32,000 nt of DNA. Source: Promethearchaeota archaeon (lineage in GTDB: Archaea; Asgardarchaeota; Lokiarchaeia; Sigyniarchaeales; Promethearchaeaceae). The notes below the pieces were generated by a model. That model ran no database searches, was not told the DNA's origin, and was given only the letters and a program-made list of their open reading frames with translations. How positions within the stretch are numbered: position 1 is the first letter of the stretch; each line of letters starts with the position of its first letter. Below, one piece after another: positions 1 through 8,977 of this stretch. The stretch is taken from positions 660,001 to 692,000 of the forward strand of contig JAFGBS010000009.1 of NCBI GenBank assembly GCA_016933055.1, in the 5' to 3' direction. Made by a program: the position numbers and the translations under genes.

Positions 1-504
1 TAACGAAACTCCTGCCATCACCTTAGCCATCTTATCAGGTCTTGTATAGGGGGTTGTAATATCAGATATAATTGCTCTAATAATCGGGAGCTGACCACCG
101 AATACGCCATCTAATAATCGGGCTCCAATTACGATATAGATTCCATATGGTCCTTCTGCAAGAGCCAAAATGATAAAAGCTACGAATGTTCCGGCTTGAG
201 ATATAATAAGTATAGGTCTTCGACCGTATTTATCACTTAGTTTTCCCCATATCGGACCAAAAATCAAGGAGGTAAACGAGTTTGCACTGATAATTATCCC
301 AACCATGAATTTACTTGCTCCAAAGTAATCAGCGATGGTAGGTAAAAGTGGAAGAGTTAGCGTAAATCCCAAAACGTCCACAAGAATAGATAAAAATAAG
401 GCAAACATAAGAGACTTCTGATTAAGACCATAATTCTTTAAAACTTCATTCATTTCTTCGTCGGTCGTAATCTCGAGTTTGTGTTTGAAGTTTTCGTCTT
501 CCAT
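1..504 (-). CDS. MFS transporter, DHA1/TetA-like (3' end outside the window)
   Basis: Not in ORF track. Hand translation from ATG at 504 is open to base 1: MEDENFKHK...FALFLSILVDVLGFTLTLPLLP...GKLSDKYGRRP (MFS motif A)...ARLLDGVFGG. Confidence 0.85.
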   Translation of the reverse strand, partial: MEDENFKHKLEITTDEEMNEVLKNYGLNQKSLMFALFLSILVDVLGFTLTLPLLPTIADYFGASKFMVGIIISANSFTSLIFGPIWGKLSDKYGRRPILIISQAGTFVAFIILALAEGPYGIYIVIGARLLDGVFGGQLPIIRAIISDITTPYTRPDKMAKVMAGVSL

Positions 505-651
505 TTTTTTTATTATTGACCCCACTATAACAAACTTACGGATTGTGAGGATCATGTTACAGATTATTTGACACAGGAGATCAATCAACCAAACATACAC
601 GTGTATTATTAAAGGGATGACTCCTATGGTTATCTATCTTTCAAACAAAAA

Positions 652-1617
652 ATGGAAATGAGTAATATTATGGAATTGAAAGGTAGAAATGTTCTAGTCA
701 CGGGTGCTGCTGGTTTTATTGGGAGTCATCTTGCAGATCGTTTACTTGCTGAAGGAGCAAGAGTCACGGGAATTGATAATTTATCAGAGGGTTCTTTAGA
801 AAATCTTAAAAAATCACTTCAAGAAACCAATTTTAAATTTCATAAAGGAGATATTCGGGATAGAGAATTTCTGCACACAATTGTGGATAAGATTGATATC
901 ATTTTTCACCTTGCCGCATTCACCAGTGTTAGAAGATCCATATCCAATCCATTAGAGTGCAACGAAATTAATGTAACGGGGACGTTAAATCTCTTAGAAT
1001 TAGCTAGAAAATATGATGTCAATAAATTCATATATTCCTCAAGCGCTGCTGTATATGGTAATACACCTCAATTGCCTATTGATGAAGATGTTCAACCAAA
1101 ACCTTTATCCCCCTATGGCATATCTAAACTAACAGCGGAGCAATATGTTCTTATTTATAATGAACTGTATGATATTGAAACCACTGCATTACGATATTTC
1201 AATGTATATGGTCCTAGGCAAAAATTATCAGAATATTCTGGAGTTATCACAATATTCTTAGAACGATTGAAAAATCACCAAGATCTGGTTATCTATGGGG
1301 ATGGAAATCAGACTCGTGATTTCATCTATATAACAGATGTGGTAAATGCAAACCTGAAAGCTACTAAAACCAAAAGTCAGGGAAATATTTTTAATATTGC
1401 GACGGGAGACCGTATATCCATTCGAGAACTCGCAGAAATAATCGTAAAACAAAGTGGGAAATCCAATACGAAAATTATTCATGATCCCCCAAAACTGGGA
1501 GATATTATCCATAGTTATGCAAATATCGAAAAATCAAGACAAAAATTGGATTTTTCTGCACAAATATCCATCAATGAGGGATTGCGAAAGGTAATACAGT
1601 GGTATATGAAGAACTGA
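652..1617 (+). CDS. NAD-dependent nucleotide-sugar epimerase/dehydratase (extended SDR, GalE/WbpP-like)
   Basis: TGAAGFIG Rossmann motif, HLAA, SSSAAVYG, catalytic YGISK, LRYFNVYGPRQ, TRDFIYITD. Exact substrate cannot be determined; the start could be a slightly downstream Met. Confidence 0.9.
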   Translation: MEMSNIMELKGRNVLVTGAAGFIGSHLADRLLAEGARVTGIDNLSEGSLENLKKSLQETNFKFHKGDIRDREFLHTIVDKIDIIFHLAAFTSVRRSISNPLECNEINVTGTLNLLELARKYDVNKFIYSSSAAVYGNTPQLPIDEDVQPKPLSPYGISKLTAEQYVLIYNELYDIETTALRYFNVYGPRQKLSEYSGVITIFLERLKNHQDLVIYGDGNQTRDFIYITDVVNANLKATKTKSQGNIFNIATGDRISIRELAEIIVKQSGKSNTKIIHDPPKLGDIIHSYANIEKSRQKLDFSAQISINEGLRKVIQWYMKN

Positions 1618-1766
1618 CTTCTATGCTGTAATATCCAAAAATCTTTCTATGTAAGACATCGTACTTAAGTTCGCACTTCTGTCAATTTGCCAATCCTAAT
1701 TCCTACCATATAATTGAACAAATGAGAAAGACAAATTTATATAAAAATATAGAGAAACAGGAAAAA

Positions 1767-3431
1767 TTAGCTCAATTGCTCGTATAACTGAATTAATCGG
1801 TCTTTTACGACTTCACTACGATACTCCGGAAGTATTATAGGAGCATATTTCTTGGGTTTAAGATTTAGTGCATCCAGTGCTTTCATTGTATTATGCACAT
1901 GATTCAGAGTTAACTTTCGAGGTATAGAATTTTTCCTATATTCTTTCGCTGCTGTAATACCCGCTCTTCGACCAAAAACGTTGATTTCTAAAAGAGAGTT
2001 ACCCATTAACCGATTCTTACCATGCACTCCTCCTGAGACCTCCCCCGCAATAAGTAAACCCTTAATGCTTGAATAGCAGTTTGAATCAAGATCTACGCCA
2101 CCATTCTGATAGTGGAGTGTGGGATACACCAGAATCGGGTCCATAGTTATATCAATGTCAAAACGCTTGAACATTCTGTACATTGCACTAAGATTTTGCT
2201 GAATAGTACCTTTCCCTTTAAGTTCTTCAATCAGGGGACTATCTAACCAAATTCCTCGCATTCCTGTGGGAGTCTCAATGTAGTTGTGGGTTGTTGTACA
2301 AATTTTTATTAAAGATGCTGCCTCTACATCTCGTGGTTCTAACGGATAGCAGATTTGTATTCCATCTTTTCCAAGAACTTGCCCCCCCAAACTCCTTACT
2401 TTTTCAGTAACCAGTAAACCTACAATCTGTTCAGGGTAAGCAGCACCTGTTGGGTGGAATTGGGTTGAATCAAGATCTCGGAGTTTTGCTCCCGCTCGAT
2501 ATGCCATTACCACGCCATCCATGGTTGCACCGTAGTGATTTGTCGTTGCAAAGCCTCCCACATGTAAACGACCAAATCCTCCTGTTGCCATCACGACAAC
2601 TCTCGCTCGAACAACAAAATACCTTTTGGTTTCTATATTATACAATATAGCCCCTGTAACTCTCCCCGAATCATCTGTAAGTAATTCTATTGCAGGTGAG
2701 AATTCTAGATAAGGTATACCTTGATTAATGGCTTCATCTTTTAAGGTTCGGAATATTTCCATTCCGGTATAATCTTTCGCACAGTGCATTCGATTTCGAG
2801 AAGTACCCCCTCCGGGAACTTCCACAAAATTCCCATCATCATCACAATCATAATTAACACCGAGTTCTTTGTGCCATTTAATTACTTTAGGAGCATCTCC
2901 AACAAGAGCTTTTACAAGTTCAGGTTTATTTTCGAAATGACCGCCACCAATTGCATCTAAATAATGAATGTAGGGATTGTCTTCTAGTCGATCTGCTGCT
3001 TGAATGCCACCTTGAGCCATTACACTGTTACAATCTCCGAATCGTAATTTTGTAACAAGTAGTATGTCTTTCTTAGGAACATCCGAATATTTAGCCCATA
3101 AAACTGCGTTTGTTCCCGCTCCTCCTGCTCCAATAATCAATACTCCTACATCATAATCGATTTGATTTAGGTCTATATCGTTTGGGTTGATAATTGGATA
3201 ACTTTCCAAGACATCTGCTACTTCATTAGGCACATTGTCTCCCTTATTGGGACCCCATGAAATATTTCGTTTATATTTTGGATTATAATCGGGATGAAAT
3301 TGATCTAATACTATCTTTCGATCTTCCATGGTCAAATCAGCAATGATCTGATCTCGTCGCTTGTTTCGGGTTTTATTTACATTATCTATACTTCTACGCA
3401 TCTCTTCCGTATAACCACCAATCAGCTTCAT
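1767..3431 (-). CDS. frdA: Fumarate reductase/succinate dehydrogenase-family flavoprotein (TfrA/FrdA-like, soluble)
   Basis: IIGAGGAG FAD motif. Dicarboxylate-site motifs QFHPT, VTEKVRSLGG, EPRD, PTLHYQNGG, HGKNRLMGNSL. Start placed at ATG 3431 (MKLIGG), preceded by GGAGGAGGAG at 3441-3450; the track's 3473 start overlaps the upstream gene. Confidence 0.88.
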   Translation of the reverse strand: MKLIGGYTEEMRRSIDNVNKTRNKRRDQIIADLTMEDRKIVLDQFHPDYNPKYKRNISWGPNKGDNVPNEVADVLESYPIINPNDIDLNQIDYDVGVLIIGAGGAGTNAVLWAKYSDVPKKDILLVTKLRFGDCNSVMAQGGIQAADRLEDNPYIHYLDAIGGGHFENKPELVKALVGDAPKVIKWHKELGVNYDCDDDGNFVEVPGGGTSRNRMHCAKDYTGMEIFRTLKDEAINQGIPYLEFSPAIELLTDDSGRVTGAILYNIETKRYFVVRARVVVMATGGFGRLHVGGFATTNHYGATMDGVVMAYRAGAKLRDLDSTQFHPTGAAYPEQIVGLLVTEKVRSLGGQVLGKDGIQICYPLEPRDVEAASLIKICTTTHNYIETPTGMRGIWLDSPLIEELKGKGTIQQNLSAMYRMFKRFDIDITMDPILVYPTLHYQNGGVDLDSNCYSSIKGLLIAGEVSGGVHGKNRLMGNSLLEINVFGRRAGITAAKEYRKNSIPRKLTLNHVHNTMKALDALNLKPKKYAPIILPEYRSEVVKDRLIQLYEQLS

Positions 3432-3432
3432 T

Positions 3433-4167
3433 TTATTCGTCTCCTCCTCCTTTCTTCTGATCCATAAAATCACGTGTTGTATACCGTTCTTTCAGTTTTT
3501 TTTTATCTATAGTCATCAATTCTTGAAATCCCTCCTCATATTTCCCGTCTTCTAATTCTTTCACTCTGATTTCTAGATACTTCGGAGTAGGGATATTATA
3601 TTTTCCATGCAATCGACGTGCGAGCATCGCTACATGGTATTGAGGGATTTCTGCTGGACATCTTATAGTACAAAGCCCACATTGCACGCAATCAAATGAT
3701 TCTTCCGCGGCCTTTGCTAATTTTCCATGCAAACAGTCTTGGATATAATTCATAACATTGATTTCTTGAGGACAAACACGCGTACATGCATTGCATGATA
3801 AGCAGCGTGCCACTTCTGGGTAGTATCGAAGTATAGAGTTTGCAGAAGGGCGGAGATCGTCAATTTTATATTTTGGCTTAGGTGCAGGAACGAATGGTAA
3901 TTGAGTTAAAACCATTCCATCCTCTACGGGTGTTTGACAAGCGAGTGCTGCATATATTCTGAAGTCGCCAGCCTTTCTATAAACGGTTGAGCAAGCCCCA
4001 CAGAAACCTGCTCTACAACCCGCTCCACGAGTGATTTTAAACCCCGCATATTCCATTGCTTTCATAATGGTAAGGCCAGTAGGAACGTCATATCTGCTAC
4101 CCATTATATATATCCGAACTTTTTCTGGTTCAGCTGACTGCTTTGTTTCTGATTTCGTTTTTGACAT
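3433..4167 (-). CDS. frdB: FrdB/SdhB-like iron-sulfur subunit ([2Fe-2S] plus two CxxCxxCxxxCP clusters)
   Basis: GCRAGFCGAC...ALAC [2Fe-2S] motif; CLSCNACTRVCP and CVQCGLCTIRCP; immediately upstream of the flavoprotein. Confidence 0.82.
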   Translation of the reverse strand: MSKTKSETKQSAEPEKVRIYIMGSRYDVPTGLTIMKAMEYAGFKITRGAGCRAGFCGACSTVYRKAGDFRIYAALACQTPVEDGMVLTQLPFVPAPKPKYKIDDLRPSANSILRYYPEVARCLSCNACTRVCPQEINVMNYIQDCLHGKLAKAAEESFDCVQCGLCTIRCPAEIPQYHVAMLARRLHGKYNIPTPKYLEIRVKELEDGKYEEGFQELMTIDKKKLKERYTTRDFMDQKKGGGDE

Positions 4168-4177
4168 ATTAATCCTT

Positions 4178-5110
4178 TTATTTTGACTTCTTTCGACCTA
4201 TTAATCCTAATTCCTTCAAAAAAGGCTTTGGATTTACAAGGTGTTCTTCAAAATGATATAATTTCATTGGTTTAATACCCAAGGCAAGAGCCATGAGTTG
4301 TGTAAAATAAAATATCGGAAGACTATTCTTCATTTTTCCGTTTTTAATTAATTCTATTTGTTCATGTTCTAAATTATATCTGCACAAGGGACATGCAACA
4401 ATAATAGAATTTGCATTGCGTTTTTTTGCAGCATCAATGAGTGTATGCACTTGGATATTCACCAGATCTTCCTCTCCGACTATATGGTAACTCCCACAAC
4501 AGAATTTGAAAAAAGGCCAATCAATTACTTCTGCTCCTAATGCCTGTACGATACTTTCCATAACTGTGGGGGCTTCTTGATCATCAATCTTAGCAATTTC
4601 TGGATGTAACAGCATACATCCGTAATAAGAAGCGATACGCATACCTTTTAAAGGCTTTTCCACAGATTCCATGATCGTTTCATACCCAATATCATCCCGT
4701 AAAATTTCTAGGAAATGTTTTACTTCCATATCACCTTTGTATTCTAAATTATCATATTCTAATTGCCAATTGATGGGTTCTAATTTATCTGTATCTTCCT
4801 TAACTTCAGCGTTAACAATTTTTAACGTTGAATTACACATCGAACATAGGGTAACTACTTGCTTATGTATTACCTCTTTAGAAGAATTCTCGAGGTTTTT
4901 TACATGTTCCGCTGCTCTTGCCAAATTCCGAACGGGTGCAATTCTTTTCATTAGATTATCTGTAGTCTGTGTATGTATAGTGCCACAGCAATTCCATTCA
5001 GGCATTTCCACCAATTCAGCATTGAGCTTCTTGGATACTGCAATCGCCGTTTCTTCGAAACCTACTGAATTTGTTTTTAGATTACATCCGGGAAAATAGG
5101 AATATTTCAT
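4178..5110 (-). CDS. hdrB: Heterodisulfide reductase subunit B (two CCG domains)
   Basis: YFPGC...WNCCG...CSMC and YYGC...FCCG...CPLC, two complete CCG cysteine sets; next to hdrC. Confidence 0.92.
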   Translation of the reverse strand: MKYSYFPGCNLKTNSVGFEETAIAVSKKLNAELVEMPEWNCCGTIHTQTTDNLMKRIAPVRNLARAAEHVKNLENSSKEVIHKQVVTLCSMCNSTLKIVNAEVKEDTDKLEPINWQLEYDNLEYKGDMEVKHFLEILRDDIGYETIMESVEKPLKGMRIASYYGCMLLHPEIAKIDDQEAPTVMESIVQALGAEVIDWPFFKFCCGSYHIVGEEDLVNIQVHTLIDAAKKRNANSIIVACPLCRYNLEHEQIELIKNGKMKNSLPIFYFTQLMALALGIKPMKLYHFEEHLVNPKPFLKELGLIGRKKSK

Positions 5111-5127
5111 AATTGGATCCTTTCCGT

Positions 5128-5541
5128 TTATAATTCGGATTTCTTTCGGTAACTACCTACTAAAGCTATATTAGGTAGATTCTTTTTCATTTCATCCGTT
5201 AATTCTATGCGTTTTAATCTTTCTGGCTCATTTCGTAATGTATATTCTCTCACGGCTTCCATTACAGCAGCAATGTCAACCTCTCTCGGACACCTTACAG
5301 TACATGTTAAACACGAACTACATACCCACGGAGAATTTGCACTCAATACCTTTTCTTTTTGACCAGTTTTTATATAGCTAATCACTTGATTTACGGTAAG
5401 ATCCATTTTGTATACAAATGCACATCCAGAACTGCATTTGCCGCAATCATAACAAAGATACACATTTGATCCAGATATCTCTTCTATAGTATCGATGAAT
5501 TTCAAAGCTTCCTTATCCATCTTGATATACTCAAAGGGCAT
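5128..5541 (-). CDS. hdrC: Heterodisulfide reductase subunit C (2x[4Fe-4S])
   Basis: CYDCGKCSSGC and WVCSSCLTCTVRCPREVD; size and position next to hdrB. Confidence 0.9.
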   Translation of the reverse strand: MPFEYIKMDKEALKFIDTIEEISGSNVYLCYDCGKCSSGCAFVYKMDLTVNQVISYIKTGQKEKVLSANSPWVCSSCLTCTVRCPREVDIAAVMEAVREYTLRNEPERLKRIELTDEMKKNLPNIALVGSYRKKSEL

Positions 5542-6034
5542 TAAATAATACCTCTCTTTTGTTTAATATCTTCCTAATCTGATTATATACAGTTTTCTGT
5601 ATTGATTTTAATTGATTTCGAATTTCAGGACTCAATGTGTCACTGAACTCCTGCACATATTGTATTTCTATCCCAATTATCGTAATTTTTTCTTTAGGGG
5701 GTATATTTTTAAATGTCTGATAACCCCATTCAAGTGCGGTAAAAAAATCCATGTTATGAAAATCTGATACATGGTGCGCACTTAAAAATTGGTCTGGGTG
5801 TAAAACTCTCACGGTTCCGGGGCGATTTTTTTCCGTAATTATTGAATCTATAATTATTACTTGATCATAGCTTTGAAATAATTCCACTAAACCGATTCCT
5901 GACAGGGATACATCTGGTTGGATTTTCACATTAGGAGAAAAGAGATTAGTTTGTTGTAACCATTCTACTATTTTGATGCCAATAGCATCGTCTCCCACTA
6001 TTGGATTTCCCAAACCGATGATCAGAGTTTTCAT
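5531..6034 (-). CDS. [NiFe]-hydrogenase maturation endopeptidase (HybD/HycI family)
   Basis: N-terminal IIGLGNPIVGDDAIG motif, VIIIDS, SAHH; directly downstream of the large subunit. Confidence 0.88.
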   Translation of the reverse strand: MKTLIIGLGNPIVGDDAIGIKIVEWLQQTNLFSPNVKIQPDVSLSGIGLVELFQSYDQVIIIDSIITEKNRPGTVRVLHPDQFLSAHHVSDFHNMDFFTALEWGYQTFKNIPPKEKITIIGIEIQYVQEFSDTLSPEIRNQLKSIQKTVYNQIRKILNKREVLFNAL

Positions 6035-6035
6035 A

Positions 6036-7523
6036 TTAATTCAATCGCTTTAATTCTCGTATTTTGTTTTTATTTTCGTCATAGATTTCGACGACCATTG
6101 GCATATGCCCATACATTGCGTGAGTTGCGCAAGCTAAACAAGGATCGTACGCTCTAAATGCCATCTCGATTTTATTTAAATCATCCTCATTATATTGGCC
6201 AGCATGAACCATTGCCTCCGCTGCTTGTTTCACGCTGATACAAATGGGACCATTATTATTCGTGGTAGCTACGATGATATTTGCTTTGATGACTTTTCCC
6301 TCATCATCAGTTTTATAATGATGATACAGCGTTCCTCGAGGGGCTTCTATCACACCTACACCCTCACCTGTTATATTTTTCTTTTCCACGGGGATTCGAT
6401 AATCATTGGAATAAATATCCTTGTCTTCTGCGAGTTCAACCATCCTCTCACCGCAATGCAAAATCTCAATTAAACGAGCCCAGTTAAACCCTAAGGTGTG
6501 GTGGGCAGGTTTTCCACCAAATACCTCATACATGTGTTGCATAGCTTCATTTGCAAGTGGAGTTTTAATATTATCAACAACATTAAGGCGTGCAAGTGAG
6601 TTCACTCTATATATTCCGCTGTCGGGACCATATACCAACCCTTTCCATCCTATTTTTTTCAAGAAGGGGAATTTTAAATAAGTCCATGGTTCTACATGCT
6701 CTGCTATGTAATCAAGGTAGTCTTTCGCTTCGAACTTGAATTTTTCCTTTCCATTACTATCCACAACTCTTACTATATTGCTATGGTAAAAATCTAATGC
6801 ATTATCATCGTCAACGACCGACATATAGTAGGAATCCATTTTGTATGCGTCAGAATTGATGAGATTCATCATCTTCTTGTTTTTTCGAACCTCTTGTTCC
6901 CATACTTCTAATCCTAATTGTCCAAATTCAACAATATATTTCCCCCATTTCCATAGTTTTTCTGCATCCTCCTTAGTAATACCTTTACTAATTCCCCCTG
7001 GTAATGCGGTTACGGGATGGGTCGCTTTTGCTCCGGTCATTGCTTGTGCTTCTTGGGCATAGGCACGCGCTCGTATTGCTTTTTTAGCAACTTCGGGAAA
7101 TTGATGTGCAATCCCTAATATATTATGAGTTCCTGGTTTGGATTTTTCACCTAAAATAAGATCTGGAAGAGCGAATGCATAATAGTGAAGGATATGACTA
7201 TGTACTACATGTGCCAAAGCCATAATTTCTCGTAACATTTTTCCCGTTTTAGGAGGTTCAACATTATATATCTGATCGGCAGCTTTTGCAGGAGCCAAAT
7301 GATGGGGGGTTGGACATACGCCACAAATACGGGGAGTTATCCTTAATACTTCTTCTATGGGCCTACCTTGCAAGAACCGTTCAAAGCCACGTAATTCTAC
7401 TACTTGATAATATGCATTCTCAACTCTACCTGCATTATTCAATAAAATCGTAATTTTCGCCAATCCTTCTAAGCGAGTAACAGGGTGTATTGTGACAATA
7501 TTTTTGGTTTTCTTCTTATCCAT
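6036..7523 (-). CDS. mvhA: Group 3c [NiFe]-hydrogenase large subunit MvhA
   Basis: VTRLEG, L1 RICGVCPTPH, EAPRGTLYHHY, L2 RAYDPCLACATH followed by a cleavable C-terminal tail; context with mvhD/G and hdrABC. Confidence 0.93.
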   Translation of the reverse strand: MDKKKTKNIVTIHPVTRLEGLAKITILLNNAGRVENAYYQVVELRGFERFLQGRPIEEVLRITPRICGVCPTPHHLAPAKAADQIYNVEPPKTGKMLREIMALAHVVHSHILHYYAFALPDLILGEKSKPGTHNILGIAHQFPEVAKKAIRARAYAQEAQAMTGAKATHPVTALPGGISKGITKEDAEKLWKWGKYIVEFGQLGLEVWEQEVRKNKKMMNLINSDAYKMDSYYMSVVDDDNALDFYHSNIVRVVDSNGKEKFKFEAKDYLDYIAEHVEPWTYLKFPFLKKIGWKGLVYGPDSGIYRVNSLARLNVVDNIKTPLANEAMQHMYEVFGGKPAHHTLGFNWARLIEILHCGERMVELAEDKDIYSNDYRIPVEKKNITGEGVGVIEAPRGTLYHHYKTDDEGKVIKANIIVATTNNNGPICISVKQAAEAMVHAGQYNEDDLNKIEMAFRAYDPCLACATHAMYGHMPMVVEIYDENKNKIRELKRLN

Positions 7524-8528
7524 TTATTTATCCTCCTTGTCAGAATGCAATTTTGAAATTAGAGAACTTCCATAAGTAAACCGATAAAACGTTCCTAATG
7601 GATCAGGAATACGTTGCACAATTTTCTCCAGTTGTTCTTCGGTCATTCCTTCTTCCGTATCCACTTCGAGCAAAGAAGTTAATGCTGAAATCATTTTTAA
7701 TCCATGGTCTTTAACTTTAACTGTCGGTCCCATGCACCCACGACATCCTACATTCATTTTTGTGCATAACGCTCCGCATCCTGAGCGAGTGGCTGGACCC
7801 ATACATATAATTCCTTGAGGAATCAAACATTTATCTGGATCGATTTTTTTGGTTTCTTGAGGTGAGAAAAATGCATGATAAGAAATTTGCTCGGGTTTTT
7901 CTCGACCGCATTCCTCACATAAAGTTCCCTCTCCAGCAATTACAGTTCCTTTGGGTGGTAATGTTCCTGTTTCCGAAAATTTCTTTAATACATCAACCAC
8001 CTTCTCAATTAATGGTACCATTGGGGGGCATCCTGGAACATAATAATCGACATCTATCACAGAGTTCAATGCACCAGCATCTTTGAGCATTTTAGGTAAA
8101 GTTAATTCATCCCCGCTCTTCAATTCTATTATCTCAAGAGGCACGGTTCCTTGTGGATTGTCCATGGATGGAACTTGTTCATACACTAAGTCAAATAATG
8201 ATTGATCATATGGTAAATTATCTAAACTTGGAATACCACCAAAATTAGCGCATGCGCCGAATGCTACAACAACCTTAGCTTTCTTTCGGAGAATTTCAGC
8301 CATTTCTAGGTCTTCTGATGTTCGTATAGCTCCATGATAAATGCCAATATCCACTTCTCCATCCTCCAAAGCAAGCAAGTCGTCAATTTTGAAATCCATT
8401 GCTGTGGGCCAAAATACAAACTCGCATAAATCGTCAACTTCGAATATTTTCTCGTTCAAATCAAGGATTGCAACGTCGCAACCTGCACATGTCGCTCCTA
8501 AAACAATTGCAGTCTTCAATTTCGCCAT
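7524..8528 (-). CDS. mvhG: Group 3c [NiFe]-hydrogenase small subunit MvhG
   Basis: CAGC, FGACANFGGIP, PGCPP and a C-terminal Cys cluster (CEEC...CMGPATRSGCGALC...GCRGCMGP). Confidence 0.93.
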   Translation of the reverse strand: MAKLKTAIVLGATCAGCDVAILDLNEKIFEVDDLCEFVFWPTAMDFKIDDLLALEDGEVDIGIYHGAIRTSEDLEMAEILRKKAKVVVAFGACANFGGIPSLDNLPYDQSLFDLVYEQVPSMDNPQGTVPLEIIELKSGDELTLPKMLKDAGALNSVIDVDYYVPGCPPMVPLIEKVVDVLKKFSETGTLPPKGTVIAGEGTLCEECGREKPEQISYHAFFSPQETKKIDPDKCLIPQGIICMGPATRSGCGALCTKMNVGCRGCMGPTVKVKDHGLKMISALTSLLEVDTEEGMTEEQLEKIVQRIPDPLGTFYRFTYGSSLISKLHSDKEDK

Positions 8529-8977
8529 TATCTCTTTCCTCCTTTACGGTATGGCTCTAAATACTTAAGATCTTCCACCATTTCAGTAGTAATTTTCGCA
8601 AATTTGGCAGCTTCCGTAGCAGATATCCATTCCAGTCGAAATCGTTTAGGATTCACTCCAATCTGTTCAAGTAGTTTGGATAAAATAGTCATACGTTTGT
8701 AAGCTTTATAATTGCCGGTTTTATAGTGACAATCTCCAAGGTGGCAACCCGTGATTAAGACCCCATCCGCACCTTCTAAAAATGCTTCAATAACTAGTTG
8801 AGGATCAATTCGTGATGAACAATTTACCATAATAGGAAGCACATTTGGAGGATATTGTAACCGAGATGTTCCAGCTAAGTCTGCACCTTTTCCAGAACAC
8901 CATCTGCATAAGAACATTATAATTTTCGGGTTGGTATTTTTAATTTCCTTATGGGATCGCTGCATTGTGGATGTCAT
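8528..8977 (-). CDS. mvhD: Methyl-viologen-reducing hydrogenase subunit D ([2Fe-2S])
   Basis: CRWCS..GADLAGTSRLQYPP, CSSRID, GADGVLITGCHLGDCHY, RFRLEWISATE. Confidence 0.94.
   Translation of the reverse strand: MTSTMQRSHKEIKNTNPKIIMFLCRWCSGKGADLAGTSRLQYPPNVLPIMVNCSSRIDPQLVIEAFLEGADGVLITGCHLGDCHYKTGNYKAYKRMTILSKLLEQIGVNPKRFRLEWISATEAAKFAKITTEMVEDLKYLEPYRKGGKR

Noticed and set aside
1767-3431. Calling the flavoprotein NadB (L-aspartate oxidase) or a classical membrane-bound SdhA
   Set aside because: It is coupled to a dedicated Fe-S subunit with no nadA/nadC nearby, and it has neither the covalent-FAD His nor membrane anchors. NadB-like activity is unlikely but not formally excluded.
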